Assembly: GCF_964355755.1 (NCBI RefSeq)
Contig: NC_092670.1
Span: 5,384,201 to 5,448,200 of the forward strand
Direction of reading: 5' to 3'
Length of the DNA: 64,000 bases
Origin: Antedon mediterranea
Taxonomy: Eukaryota; Animalia; Echinodermata
Positions 48,094 through 63,451 of this stretch are shown piece after piece. The first letter of the stretch is position 1; the number at the start of each line of letters is the position of its first letter. The position numbers and the translations under genes are program-made. Under the pieces are notes generated by a model, which had not been told where the DNA came from, searched no databases, and was given only the letters and a program-made list of their open reading frames with translations.

Positions 48094-51000
48094 ACACATA
48101 CATGTCCAAACCTTGTGCAATATACAGTGCAACATAATGGACCAGATTGCTACGAAGCGTGATAAAATGCATTAACTTGCTAGAAATAGTTATATGATGC
48201 AACTACTAATAACTGCTACATGCTACAATGAAAGTTGAATGCTACACCAAAATATAATTAGTATTATCAGTGATATATAGCCTTTGCTACAAAGAAGCTT
48301 ATAAATTTAATATATTTCTTCAAAGTACAATATTTTGCATACAGTCTATACACAGGGAACTCCTCTCTGCTGTACAAGTTACAAATCATCAACAACCACA
48401 CAAGTTGTTTTAGCCTTTTTCTTGGAGACTCTCTCGCAACGTCTGTTTTTCGCTTTCTGAATTGGCTTGAGTAATCTTATTTCTATTTATAATTACAATT
48501 GCTTCTTTGCATAAATAATTACAAGGTTCTGGTTTGGGATGCTGCATTAGAAATTTTTTAATATACTCAGCCTTCAGACAAAAGATATTGTGATCAAAAA
48601 GTACTTCAATCTGTGAGGCATAGTCTGTAGTAATAAAGGCGCGAGTAACATCAATGTAATGATTACTCTTGAACGGAGGTCACACGGAAAGTATCTTAAC
48701 GCCACCTGTTTCAAGTGTATATTGATTTGGTGCTACAAGACTGTCATGCTACAACAGTGTAGGTTCATTATACCATGCTTCTACATGCATTAAACCAAAC
48801 CAAAACTTTATACAATTATAAACACTATTGCATGCATACTGGTGCTACAGAATGCTCCTTGATGCCTTCTAGCCACTGTTGTACTGATAAACATTCAATA
48901 TAGTGGAATCATTGATTGGCTATAGAATAGCAATTTGAAGAAACTAAAGTAGTTAATATTAAAACATGTAACAGATAGTTACATGTTTTAATATTATCAG
49001 TTTAGTGGGTGATAAGAATTATCTAATCTTGTCCTAATGTTTGATAATGATGCTGGTACACTATTGATTCTGATTTAAGCCCTGATTATGATATTAGTTT
49101 TAGGATAAGCCCATGTGGTTTGATACAAAACTGGGCAGTTCCTTGTTCTTTTTAATATAAAGAAGAGTTACTCCAAATAATAGAGACACAAAACCCATTT
49201 TGTGAATTCTATATTTCAGTCTATTTTGTCATTTTCAAGAATCTTGTGTATATCCATATACAGTATTTACACGTGTATCTGGAAGCATGGACATTTTTTT
49301 GATTGATTAGAGCGAAATTGTTGTAATATGTCTCTTAATTTGGAGTCACCCTTGTTTTATAATCTGCAATGTTTCAGTGGATATAATGAATACACAAATA
49401 CTGTGGTTTTTTTCGCTGATTACAATTGTGTGGAATCGGAAAATAATTAAACCAACATAATTTAACAATGTTGAGTTATAAATTGTTATGTTGGTACTAC
49501 ACTTTCTTCTAAACCGTACGATTAATTACATTTTGTTACTTATTTGTGACTAAAGGTTTGGAAATGGTATATAATCTGAATGATTAACCAACTACTGTCA
49601 ATATTTCCATTGTTTTGAATATTAAAATCCATAGTTACAATTTCTAATTACATCAAGTACTGCTAACTTGTATCTTTAAATGTTTTAAAAAGCAAAACGA
49701 TATCAAATAATTTCAATTATGAGTAATTTAAGTTTGTTTTTCAACAGAAAAAAATATTTTTATACAATTGTTATAGATATTTTGATCATGTGTATATCTT
49801 AGATATTAATATTATTTGCGTTTTGAAAAAAAATGTTTGGTCATGTGACTAGAGGTAATCAGATGTTTTTATTTTGGAGATGCAAAGTTTTCTCCATAAA
49901 TTGTACATAGATTGTAATAATTGTGGTTTAAACATTAAGAATGTTTGTTTAAAATGTAAAAAGATTTGTTCCTTAATTTAAGAAAGATTGTTTGTGAAGT
50001 TGATAGTTATTCGTGGACAGTGTATCCTAGTGGTATTGATAGTATTTTAGATTGATAGATAAACTATTTGTGTATGACTTCTACAATTGGTAACTTACTG
50101 AAAGTAGCATATTAATCTATTCTAAATTTAATTAGGCAATTTCCATAGTAACAGTGCACTTTTGCATCACATGTGACTAAATACAGTGACCTAAATACAC
50201 TGCCATATGGAATACTTTTTTTTCTGTTAGATATTTTCCTAAAATACAATATATACAGAAGGGAGAATTGGGTTAAAAGCAAGCCATATCCAGGATTTTT
50301 ACAGGGGGTTTATAGTTCCACTAAAGGGATCAATTGATGAAGACTAGTTAAGCCTAACGGACAACCCTCTGGCTCAGGAAAAAAGGTTTGGTATAGAATG
50401 AATTCTGATTTCCTGTGCTTTGGTTGTTTGTATAAAAAGAATGACATTAACGCACATTTATCTTAATTTTGTATACAATAATTATTTAAAAGATTATCCA
50501 GGTTAATTTGATATGCAAAATCATTGTAAGAACAGCTTTGATGAATGATAACAAATGTGTATATTATTTTATTTACTAATAGTATATTAAATTAATTAAT
50601 TGTGATTACAATTGTCTTTGAATTTGTTGTTTATTTGATCTGTGTCTGAAAGAATAGAATGATCGTGTGGGAGAATTTACACAAATAACTTCTCCAAAGC
50701 ATTTTATCCTAAAGCAGCTAAAACGTGTGACATACATATGACTCTCTGATGGTGACTATAGAATGGTCCCTAGATGCAACTTGCCTCGACTATTAGTAGA
50801 AAATATAGAAGTAAAAGGGATCATTATACAAATAATTAATGTTTATAAGTGCGATGGTACAAATAATTTCTTTCGGTGAAGCCCGAGTGAAAATAGAATT
50901 TCATATTTTACTGAATGAAATTCATTATTTGTTTTATATAATATCTATATTCTTGACAGATGTTTATTTTTTCCTACGCGAGAAGATTTTAGTTTTCGTA

Positions 51001-54000
51001 CATGAAAACATTTTAAAAAGTACTATTACACTATTGTTAAATACGTAATTGCACTATAGTTAAATAGTATGTACTATTGAACGCCAACCACAATCGTCCA
51101 ATCAAATGACAGGAATTTATGTAGACGATGATCATACTACGTCATGTTAATTCATTGTGTGCATGCAGGGAAGTTGGAACATGCCTCATCGCTTCTGGTT
51201 TATAGGTCCAGGTGACGTAATACGGCATATCAATGGATTTGACCAAGGATCCTGGTTTTGAAAACAGAAATTATTTAAACACGACTGAAATATTTTCTAC
51301 TAAACTCTTTATTCCAGACTAATCTACAAAAGTAAAACAACAAAATTGCATAATTCATATATATACATTAAATCAAAAATGTAATCAACTTAAACATGTT
51401 AAGATCACGCAATCATGCTCACGCAAATAAAGTGATTTAAAAAACTATTATTAAAAAGAAAAATATTACTGAAAGAAGCGTCGTGGCAGTCACCAATTGT
51501 GACCAACAACCCTACTAATGTAAAATGTTGGTAAACACAACGTACAAGTCTCATTAATTTTAAGTAAATTTTTCTATAAAATGAAGTAAAGAAATTAAAT
51601 TGAATTACATTGTTTGAATACTGTGTCGAAATAATAGTTATAATACACATTAGTATACTATAACAAATAAATCAATAGTAATAATGAATGGAAATTACAT
51701 TAAAAGTATAATATTGTATTATTAGAATATAGAATTTCTTATAGTTTACAATTGCGATCTATGTGAACATGTTCTTCAGCGGTGGGTTTATTTGCTATGT
51801 TTTATTCTATTACTTAGTAGTCTAACTTGAATTATTTACATACATATCATCTTTCTAAAATAAGATAAAGAAAGATCATAAGAATATAGGTAAACTGAAT
51901 TTTAAAATATTAGAAATAATCAAAATAAACTATATACAGAAAACCAATAGTACAATATAAATTTTCCTAATATTTTACAGTGATTGTTTTTAAACCATAT
52001 TTGCCAATATTGTGCAAAAAAATAAATAAAATAGTGGGTATTATATACGGATATTTAAAGACCATTATTTTTTTCATAAATTGTTTTTATTATTTTAATT
52101 TGAAAATGATAAATTTTGAATAAAATAAGGCATAAAATATTAAATTTTTTAACAAGGTGTCAACAATAATAACATTCTTTAAATTTCCAACTTTATTTTA
52201 AAACATATATTAATCAGCACATTCACTTTTAAAAACTAGGTATAAAATGTAATTAATTTTCAGGCAACATTGATTTTGTTGAACTTAATAGAAGATATTG
52301 AGAAAAAATATCAACTCTATGTCATCATAATTCATGGATGAATTGGTTAGAGCCCAACAATGACCTTTTGAAATGAACATACCATAAATATTTGATATAA
52401 GCTATAAAAACTGATATTCATATGCCATGCATTGTAATATGTTGTTTACCCTATAAATTTGAAAGGAGGAGTACTGTATGTTAAATTCATTTTTTTCTAG
52501 TTTTTAAAAAAGAGGGAAAAAAGGTTAAACAAACCCAACTTATTTTAACTTGTTTATCAGCCTAAAAGTCTGATGTACAGTACTGTATTATGGACAATTA
52601 GTTAAATAACAAATATTAAAACATTACCATATATGTCCAAGTATAACCGCATTCTCGAGTATAATTTCTTCCTCTAAATTAAGGCTAAATTCATTGTTAA
52701 TGAAATCCTAGTATAATCCCACCACAACTTCCAGCAAATCTCTAACAAAACACTATACTCAGTCATACACAGTAATATTCTATTAAAATGTAATTAATGA
52801 AAAGTAATGTATTAAGCCTCAGAAAGTATAATACTCTAAGAAAAAAACATACCGTAATATGTCATCATTATTTAGAGGACAAATTGATGTAAAATGTCCT
52901 GGTGGTTATTTGTTACTTTTCTTGAGAGATGTATTAGAATTAGAAATTCAGCTATAGAACTTTTAAATATCAATAATAAAAAAGACCTACAAAACTATAA
53001 TAAAATAATTTTAAAACAATGTTAAATTGATAATTAGTATTAAATTTCAAATAGTAGACCTATACCCTGTATAAACAAATTGGATAGTGTAGAATTATTT
53101 TTTTACTGTAAACTGTAATTGAATGAGCTTTATAAAAAAGCTCTTTGGGTTTTTTTTTTTGTAATTTTGTTATTTATGTAGTACTGTATAATTATTAAGA
53201 TATTATTTAAAAACTGAAAAACAAACAAACTGCAACTTTACTCCATGATCATAATATTGAAATAATGAATTATCAATACTGCCCTCTAGTTGTGCAGTTT
53301 ATTTATAGTATGGCAGTAGTATGGCAGTGATATGTTCAATGTCAATGTTTACATAGTTATCATCAATAATGCTACTTAAAATGTATCATTATTTTTAACT
53401 GACATAATTGCTGTCAAAGAGCTCTTAAAATACTCAATAAAAGTGTCAATTCTTACCAAACATATTGCTGATAGTTGCATAATGAATGAATAGATTCTAT
53501 TTTTGAATATTTTAATATACAGTACTTCAGCCTACTTTATTTACCTTGTCAGAATGAATAATTAATAAAAGTTACTGACTACCAAATTAATTAATTATTT
53601 GATTAATAATAAACTATGAAACCCTTTGAATGTAATCATTTTATAAATTGAAATTCAAACAATTTAATTTTAAACATCAAAACAGATTTCTTATCATGTC
53701 AAGTCAGTGACAAATATTCATAATTAAGAAAAAAAATTAAGTGTTTTAAGAAATGGTGCATTAGTACATTAATGTGTATTTAAAATATATATTCTCCTAA
53801 TTTTGTATATTGCCAACTTAATAGGAATAAACATTCATTTTAATCATAATTATTTTTTTTTCCATTGTAAAACTATGCATTGTATATTGCACTACACATA
53901 TCAATGTTATATTTACAATCTGTCCAGATTATTCTCGAACAACCGCAGTGATGAGGGTATAAGCCCACCCTTGACTAAAGGCGGGCCTATATTCGAATCA

Positions 54001-54054
54001 TTACAGTAATAACTTTGTATATCACGTGTGTTAATTATATTTACATATTTTTAA

Positions 54055-57000
54055 TTATAATTTTGTACCCGTGTTTTCCTTGTAATTAACACATGTTACC
54101 GGATCGCTTGTCGTACTCGTGCTCGACCACTGCATGTCATTTTTTTCAGACGTAGGTGATTCCGGAGGCGGTTTATACGTAAGCAGAGCTAATGTGAGAA
54201 AAACCAGTGAGCACACCTTAACAACGAGGCCGATGTACAGCGAGTAGCGAGCAAACATCTTGTTACTGTACAGCCAGCAAGCACCTTCACTTCCACACGC
54301 ATTTTCCCATAGTATACAAGTTTTATCGATTACAGCTCCAAATATCACAGGACCCGGAACAGATCCTAAATAAAATAATTATTATCATAACTTTTCATTT
54401 TCTTTTTATTGTTATTTTTTGGATATGGAACTTTGTTATTCTGAAATAAATTGATCAATCAATGGATCCCATCACATTTCAGGATTTTTTCTAAGTACCA
54501 AATTACAACTCCACTCCCAAAGACTTGTAATAAGACTTTGTTTATGTAGAGCATTTGTGTATATATTTGTCTTGTGAACCTCTGAGGGTCCCCAATGATC
54601 AGCAATAACTGAATGGATCACCCTCATTAAATATGGTAAAAAAAAAAAAAAAAAAAAAATAATCAAAAACAGTTTGTGCCTTTTTTTTATTTACTGTTAT
54701 CCATTGTTTTAAAGTGTGTGGAATGTGTTATACACTGTGTGTGAATGCACTGTCTTATTTTAAAAATAATATAGATTACTATTTAAAAGCTTTCTTTAAA
54801 ATGAACTTTTACATGTACTGTATGTGAAGTAGAAAATTCTCATAGCCCAAATTAAAAGCTATAGTGCATTAGTGTGAGCGTGTAATTAAAAAAGATGCTA
54901 GATCATACTATAGTGTATACTGTAATTTTTTTTCATAACTTAAAAATTACCACAACCTCTTCGGATTCAAAAGTAAATTTCAAATGCACTTTCCCATTGT
55001 ATAAAAACGTACATTATAAAGCAATGTTTTTCAAAGATAATATTTACAGAATTACAATAAGAACAGAGATATCTTACCAAATGCTCGCCATAGTAATGAT
55101 TGTAGACCAAGGCCAAATGAACGCTGAGAGTGTGGAACACACCTAAAACACATAAATATAAAAAAACGTTCTCAGAAATTTAAATTACAAAACATCAATG
55201 AATTATTTAAAGGTTGAATCATGTCAAACAGTTTGTAGACTGTACCAGGCTATTTCACTCCATGTAAAAAGCAGAATTTTAGCAAAATGTCCATACCTTA
55301 AAGTGGCTGTCTGTGAGGGTACAACAGCAAGAATTGTAGTAAACATCAGAACAAACAACAGGCCTAGGAAAATGGCTTGATACGGACAATCTGTTGAACA
55401 TTTGCCAAGCATAGCCTCAGAGGTACCATTGATGCATGTGCAATCACTGTATAGCTGTACAAATTAATATAAATAATATTAGGTAATTATCAAGTAATTG
55501 GTATCCAGTACAGTGATAGTGTTTGTGACTGTAGGACTGCTACATTAGTCAGAATTATGTCACAAGTTTGACATAAGAATTAGAGTTGTGTTGAGTTAGG
55601 CTGAAATTTAGCATAGGGATGAAAACTTTGAGAAGGTCAATATAGGCCTGAAAATTTTAAGTCATCCATACATTTTTACTGTACACAATGCTTTTTGTTA
55701 AAAAAACAGCTATGTTTTAATGTGTAATTTAAAAGTTATACCTTATCACCATCAACTTCTTCAGATTGGCTACAGCCTGCATGACAAGGAGTGAAATACA
55801 TGATGTTGTCAGTGCCACAAACCGGGTTGAACTGCGAAGAGCATGAACAGTTGTAGTTGCAGGGATAATCAAGATTCACATCTTCATCAGTGATGTCAAT
55901 AGAGCTAAAAAAAAAATTTTTAAATTTGTGACAAGTTTTGAATAAAAGTGATTAACAATTAATCATCAATCATAAAACAATGGGCCAAAAATTCGAAAAA
56001 TTAAATCAAGTTTATCAAAGAAAGACCAAACAATAAAGGGAGCGATAATAAGGATTCTATAGAGGCCACTATACAACAAGATAATAAACTATGCATGCAT
56101 TATTTCTCGGAATAAAAAAAAAACGCAAATTTCGAAGAACTTGTGACCTCTGCGCTCGACTGATACATACAACATGGTGATTACTTACATGTTTCCATAA
56201 GCAACAGTAACGCCTGCAAAATCCACATCAGGACAGCTTATAAGGAATGCGCTGATGCAGAGAAACGATACAAACAGCGACGCCAGGCAGAACTTAATCA
56301 TTCCTTTGAAACGAAGTTTGAAGTGTTTGACGAACCAACCACCTGCCACTGCTCCACCTATAGATGCTGGTATGATAATCAAACCTATAAATAAAATAAA
56401 TCAAATAAATAATTTTCCATGTGCAATATGTAAATTCAATAGAAAAAGAAGGAGGATTTTTTGCAATAGGCACATGGCAAGTAAGTTGACCAATCACAAG
56501 CAAAAGGTTGGGGGATCCAACACATCATGATTGGCCAAAGTACTACAGTGCGCCCACATCATTGTATTGCATCAAAGAGGGAACCAAGCTTGGTATATCA
56601 CTTGCAGTAAATCTACCATAATAGCCTAATCCAAAGCAATGAAACGGATGATGATTATCAGACCATTAAAAATGGATTTTTATATTTTTGTTAAATAAAA
56701 GATATGTAATAATTATTACTATTTCTTGGTCATTTTTCTTACTGGTCCATACAGTTATGTTTTTATTATTAAATACCAGACTTCCTTGCGCTACAAAAAA
56801 TAATAATTTTATACAAAAATTAGCAGTTTTGCAATACTCTTCCTATATTTTAAGTTACATATTTTTGAAAATAGAATTTTAATTTGACATTTAGCTTTCA
56901 GATTTCCTAGTCTGCCAAAAATGTCTATTTTGTCTATGTGTGGTTTCCAAGAAAATCTGGTTTTTACAGATTGTATTGCTTTAATACACAGGAAAAAAAA

Positions 57001-60000
57001 CACTTAATTTCTGGTTTTCAAGAAATTCTGAGCCAGTCCCTGCCAATCCAATAATAATTAATGTACTTACCAACAAGTATAGCAGCCCAACTGGTTGACA
57101 AGTTGAACTGCGATTCAACAAACTTGGGTGCAAACACTGCAAACCCAGCCAGAAGAAACCATTCTGTGATTGCGGACAAGTTGATAAACATGAATGGAAC
57201 GTTCTTGAGGAGTTGTAAAACTGCCATCGGGAAGTCACGTAAGCTGTTTCCAAAGCCAGCACGTACTTGAAACTTTGAACCACAATGCGCCTCAGAGACG
57301 CGTGCCTTGGCCAACTCCTTATGCCCTGTTCATGAATTTTAAAAATAATTAAATAGTTAATAAAAAATAATTTAAAGATTTGTCATCCAACTGACCTAAA
57401 CTTTGAGAGAACCAATAGGACCCTATTGTGCAACACAACATGATGTGGACAAACTATCCTCACTGTTGCAGTACTGTGTTGGTTCATAGGTGCTTTTTAA
57501 CAATTTTTTGACTAGCGCTAGAGGTACTACAAAAGACAATTGCAATAACATTATTGTTCCTGTGGCAGTACTATATTTTATTTAAAGACTTATTATATAC
57601 TGTATAATCATTGTAGACATTTTTGGCAGACTAGGAAATCTGAAAGCTAAATGTCAAATTAATATTTTATTTTCAATAAATATGTAACTTAAAATATAGG
57701 AAGAGTATTGCAAAACTGCTAATTTTCGTATAAAATTATTATTTTTTGTTCATGTCTATAGAATGAATGATGCAACGAATTTAAACACTTCTTTGCATTT
57801 GGAAATAATCAATTTCAATTTATTTTTAACAGAATCTACGTTCATACTTGCATCAACTGTGTTAAAAACCTCACTGTTTATAATGATTTAACAAATCATA
57901 GAAATGTTTAATTTATGACTTACGATGAATGTGAAATACACTGTGTATATAAAAAACATTTAAGAAAAAACAAATTATTTATGTACTTCTTTTGAATACA
58001 ATTTACTGAATAAAAATTTTAACATTTCTGTCCATCTATTTTCTAAATTATAATAATTACACAATTACATTTTAGTAATATCGATCACAAATTATTATAG
58101 TATACCGTAATTAGCATTCGTTAATATTGACTAAACTAAAATAATTGATGAATTAGTACACCTTAATTGCATACAAATAATTTGAAGATTTATGTTAAAT
58201 AATCATTGGTTTACCAAATGATTTTTAATGATACAGATACAGATTCCTTTTATTATCCAATATATAATGAAAATTACAGTGCTCAAATCTTGGCTTGACT
58301 AAAATAAAAATAAGGGAAAAAAGATCTAACAAATCTTTTGTTATAATGTCGACGTGTCCCAGATAATGTAAATTCTCACATTTTTGGAAAGTGTACTATA
58401 CTATAATGTAGTAATAACAAAAATTAATTTAGTTTAGTTTATGAAGTATAGTATGCACTATTTATCATAATTATTCATTAATTTCATTTCATTTATAATT
58501 GTATGATTGATTGATTAGAGAGAGGTATTTAGAAAGGAAAAATTAACATTCTTCAAATTAATGTAAGCCTAGAGTTGCTATTTTTATAAAACAAAATTAT
58601 TATCAGTAAGATTTACAATCTAAAACAATGGTGAACTATGACCTTTTTTTTTTTAAACACTCATACGACTTTTAATATCTTTTAACCTTTGTTTCATAGA
58701 TAAATCACTGCTGTTGCTACTTTAATATTTCATAATAAATCTATTTTCTACAATTATTATGGTAATATTCCTGTTTTAGCAGGGAGACTCTCAGAGTAAT
58801 TGGATGGGTAATCTCATTCAATAGGCATACTACTGTATATTATTAATATTAAATATTGTCATGAGATTTTCTCTCATAAAAGCATTACAACATAGAGAGC
58901 ATTCATTATTTGCATGAATATAGTCACTCTTATCAATAACATACTATGTAAACTAAATGTAGACCTGAAATTTGAATATTTATCTCTTGAAAGAACATTT
59001 ATTTTATAGTCTATGTAAATAAAAGAACGCGATTGGTGGAAATTGTATCACATGAATAGCCCTGCAAGGCTCCATAATGTTAAATTTCACTTGTGAAATT
59101 ATATACTTTATACTGCAAAATCTCTGTCACCGGAATGTGCTACCGCATATTGTGTCCGAGTCAATTCTATACGAGAAAAATAACTACTACAGGGTTTTTG
59201 TTAAAATAAAAATAAAACAAGATCTGTAGAAATTTATTCTTCATGATTTTAGAAAGCGTTTAATACCTAGGCCAAGAAATAGCCAAGATTAAAAAACCAA
59301 AAAGTCTGTGTAGGATTATATTCACCACGGTCTTAAATAACAATCCATGTATACATTGTTTGGGTATAGGATCATGTGTTGATGATTGGAAACAATTGGC
59401 TAGATTGGCTAGCCTTGAGTGGTTCATTAGGTTAAGCCCTGAAGCCTATGTTTAAACTTACCTGGTAAATATTTAGGAAATCCCAAGAAAGGAAGGGCAA
59501 TGATAAGAGCTAGCATACAGCTCAGTAGTAGTCCAAGCCACCATGCTCCTACCCAGAGAGGACTTGTGCTGTTAATTCCAAGCCTAAAAAATGAAAAATT
59601 ATTTGTTGAACATCAAATTTAGAGAAAACATTAATTGTGTAAGCCTACTGAAACATGGAATAAAAACATTTTACATTTACATTTATTAATAATAGAAGAT
59701 TAAACGGACGTTTATGAATGTGATTCCTACACATTTGATATTAATACTCCCACCATTTGATTGGCTATAAACCATTTAATGCTATTTTCTTATATGTATT
59801 TTTTTTAGGCATAATTAATATACTTGTTAAAATCACTATCCTATTTTATTTAGAGCATGGCGTGAATGTGGCATTTTAACATTTCAGGCCCACGGGACAT
59901 GTGAAACAAGTGATGCTCTATGAATGTTATGCATGGTATAGTATCGTACTGTATAAACAATATTGGGTGGGGTTGTACACTATTGGATCTGCAGATAAGA

Positions 60001-63000
60001 TAATCTCATCATTTTGGGCTAACAGTATGAACAGCATTCCAATCAAATCAAATCAAATCAATTTTATTTCCACAATATTATAACATACATACAGTATAAT
60101 AAATGCAATGAAGTATTCATGTGGGGAAGAGTCATATAAGTCAGAAAGACTTTAAGTCTCAATTAATATATGTACATACAGAAAAAGTTTTGTTTTTGGC
60201 ATTGTTATATGAACTGAACACTTTTCACAGTTAGACCCCATTTACACTTCAGCTTTTAGCGAGCCCGAGGCCGGCTCGAGGCCGGCTCCGAGCCAAAAGT
60301 GCACAAGTGTAAACACTCTGGGAACAACCGAGCCGGCCTCGAGCCGGCTCAATTTTGAGCCTAGTCTAGAGTAGGCTTCGGGCCGGCAATTGCGGGCTTC
60401 GGGCCGGCACTTCGTATAGTGTAAACACTCGCGGTCATAAAATGAACGTTCTGTGTCAACTATAGCTTTAAGTTTACGAAACTTATTGCTGATGAATCGG
60501 AAATTCTTCATTGAAATTAAATTGGTCAAGATGTATACGCCTTTTTCACGATCTATGACAAACAATGCCGTGTGCAACGAAGCGTAACCAACAGAAATAA
60601 CATAGCGTTTTCAGGGGATTTCAGGACACCATGCGGCGCCTATGCTTATAAACTGTGGTGTTTTTTTCGATGGACTTAAGAAGTGAAAAAAAAAATTATA
60701 ATTTTTTTTAATCACACAGTTCTATAGGCTAATCTTTAAAGAACATTTTACAGTAAAAATTTTGTCCATACGACTGTTTGTCCGTTGAGAAATTACGAAT
60801 TTTTAAGTAACTTGTCCTCCGAAAATAGGCTGAAAACGCTATGTTATTTCTGTTGGTTACGGCATTGTTTGTGTTGTCATCGATCATGGAGTAAAGAATC
60901 ATCGCCGAATCATCGATCGAAGATGTCTTCCGTTTCGTGAAAAAGGCGTATGATCTACTACTATTCTTTAGAAAACGAGACGCAAACATTAGTAGTAAAG
61001 CAATAATGCAATTGTTTTGATCCATATTAAATACCGTTATTTGATTCTTTTTTGATAAAGTTGATAGCTAGGCCTAGTGTAGATCGACAACGCTTATAAT
61101 ATTAACTTTTTAAGACGCACATGAGCGGATATGACGTGAATGTAGCGAAATCGTATCATCGAGCACTCTTCCGCGAGAGCAAGTGTAAACGCAATAGTAA
61201 GGGCCCGAGGCCGGCTTTTTGGGTAAGTGTAAACACATTGCGGGCTAAAAAGAAAGCCGGCGTCGGGCCGACTTCGGGCCGGCTAAGAAATCGTCGATGA
61301 AGTGTAAATGGGGTCTTAGTGACAACTTACATTGATGAATCTACCCTGACATCTGTGTAAAGTGAAAGAAACACGCCTCCTAGCAGGTAACCAATTGCAG
61401 GCCCTAAAAGCGACGATGCATTCAGGATTCCTGTGTACAAAAGAAAAACAAATATTGTACATGTTTTTGTATTAAAGTATATGCAAAAGTTTATTGTATT
61501 ATGTAAAAAAACCAACCTATAACGTAAGTCATATTGACCTTATAGCACTGGTGAATTTTTAGCTTAACATATGGAGTCTGTTGACCTAGGCTTATTGTAC
61601 TGCATCTCCTTGGCCCCGTTTCTGCTGCCAAAAATATACCGTATATATACGGTATATTTTATATACGGTATATTTTTTGGCAGCAGAAATGGGTCTCATA
61701 AAAAATATACCGTATATATTTGCGGTATATATACTGCATAAATATCCCCATCGTTTGTGGATATTATACGGTATATTCCAAAATATACCGTATATTTCGT
61801 TCCCCGTTTCTGCTGCACTCAAAATATACCGTAAATGTGACCAGACTCATGACACGAGGTAAAAAACTAACAGAGCGCGACGCGTTTGTTTTGGTTTTTC
61901 TGCTGCATTGAAAGTTGAAACACACGTGTAAAAGCAAGCAACAGATCAAAATGTCACTGTGGACCGAACAAATCACTATTTTTGCAATTCAATTGTGGGG
62001 GGAAGCGAAGGTTGGAGGAAGACTGCATGGCAACAGAAGCGATACCAAGATTTTAATTACAATAAATCGAATGTTCTTACACAACGTGATGTATAATCAT
62101 GGTAAAATACTGTATAATAGAAAATGGAAATTAAAACGGCAATATAGGATAATATAGCATAATATAAACTCAATTTGAATAACAGAGTTTATTTATAGTG
62201 ACATTTCTAGATTGTGCTTGTATGTGCGGTGTAAATTCGTTGCTACTTCTACTCATTAGATTTAAAATAGAAAGCAATGCTACGACGTTTTGAGAACCAT
62301 CACTGTTTTGTAAAAACCTCACTCACACGAGGTCAATCCATACTTCCGTCTCACGAAATGCATTTTGGGTAATGAAAGCCAACTTTTTTACAACCCACCC
62401 ACGAAGTATGTGCAGCGGAAACGGTGCACAAATTTCATATACGGTATATATATACGGTATATTTATACGGTATATTTATACGGTATATTTTGGGTTGGCA
62501 GCAGAAACGGGCCCCTTGTTAGTTTTTAAAGGTACTTTCTGTACAGTACATCCAAGGCTATTGTAGACCTATACAACATAAAATTGGCCTAGTGGTTTGA
62601 GCTGTGAAATTGACAGCAAGTGGACAAAATTATAGGCCTAAAAGTAAATGTACTGTAGAAGAAAAAAAAAACAGGGAAGTTTGATTAAACTAGAATTATA
62701 ATATTCTGTAGTTTTGCCAAATTATTTATTTTAAAAGCCATATATTCTTACCCAAATAGAAGGCCGTCATTTTTTGCGGTACATTATCATCAATGTATGT
62801 AACACCTAGAGTATATAATGGTGAGGCGCCAACTCCATGTAAAAGTTGAGCGACGATAAAAATTGCATAGTATTTTGAATAACTTTCCTTTTCCACATCA
62901 CATTCATCAGTCCTGTTACCACTTCTATCGCAAGTTTCATAATCCACAGACTCAAACTCGTAAAACGGTGTCAAATAATGTGGTGTTGTGAAAAGAAGAG

Positions 63001-63451
63001 AACCAGCTGCAAAAATTAAAGCACCAAGACCAATCCAACGAGGCTTATGCCCATTCTCACCAAAATATGTCACAAAAACAATAACCACCATTACTGCGAC
63101 GTCATAGCAACTGGATATGAAACCGCTTTTGACGCTTGGTAGATCAAACCGTTTTTCTATTGTAGTCGTAACGACGTATATTATACCGTTTACGGTCATA
63201 CCCTGGGTAATAGCGAATACGCATGCGAAGAATAAAAATCCTGGTGCATTATTGAATTTTTGTGCGCAGTCTGGCTTCAAAGCGCCCCAACTGCATTGTC
63301 CGTCGTCTTCAAGTTCATCGTCTATGTTAATGACGGGAATTTGTCGGTTGTTGTCGCTGCCATTCGTACCGTTTGTATTATGGAAATCTTGGCTCTTGTT
63401 ATCATTTTGCAACTCATCATAAGTCTTCTTTTCCTCGTTAGTTGTAGCCAT
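54055..63451 (-). CDS. SLCO4A1: Organic anion transporting polypeptide, SLCO4A1/4C1-like, 9 coding exons, 689 aa
   Basis: Exons 63451-62752, 61430-61331, 59583-59462, 57325-57071, 56384-56189, 55904-55742, 55454-55297, 55142-55078, 54365-54055. GT-AG, phase-consistent, total 2070 nt. Motifs [31 protein letters not shown] signature [11 protein letters not shown], Kazal-like loop ([18 protein letters not shown]), [14 protein letters not shown]. Non-coding 5' exon(s) lie upstream of the acceptor at 63478. The family call is firm; the specific ortholog is not. Confidence 0.85.
56793..57749. repeat. ~135-bp inverted repeat pair (56793-56927 and 57614-57749) bracketing an SLCO exon
   Basis: ...TTTAGCTTTCAGATTTCCTAGTCTGCCAAAAATGTCTA versus TAGACATTTTTGGCAGACTAGGAAATCTGAAAGCTAAA..., with few mismatches. 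Confidence 0.92.
60040..60160 (-). mobile_element. Probable LINE 3' tail with (TTTGA)n end
   Basis: The minus strand ends ...GTGGAAATAAAATTGATTTGATTTGATTTGATT. Confidence 0.4.
60234..61315. mobile_element. PIF/Harbinger-like non-autonomous element
   Basis: TTA|GACCCCATTTACACTTCA...TGAAGTGTAAATGGGGTC|TTA. GC-rich subterminal GAGCCGGC and AGTGTAAAC repeats. Internal inverted pair at ~60558-60615 / 60830-60872. Confidence 0.88.
61612..62514. mobile_element. MITE (Harbinger-like) with palindromic ATATACCGTATATATACGGTATAT subterminal repeats
   Basis: TIR GGCCCCGTTTCTGCTGCCAA / TTGGCAGCAGAAACGGGCCC with a possible CTT TSD. Confidence 0.75.

Noticed and set aside
48094-54054. Short ORFs between the convergent NPC1 and SLCO 3' ends
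   Set aside because: AT-rich UTR or intergenic sequence with no recognisable protein motifs or consistent exon structure.
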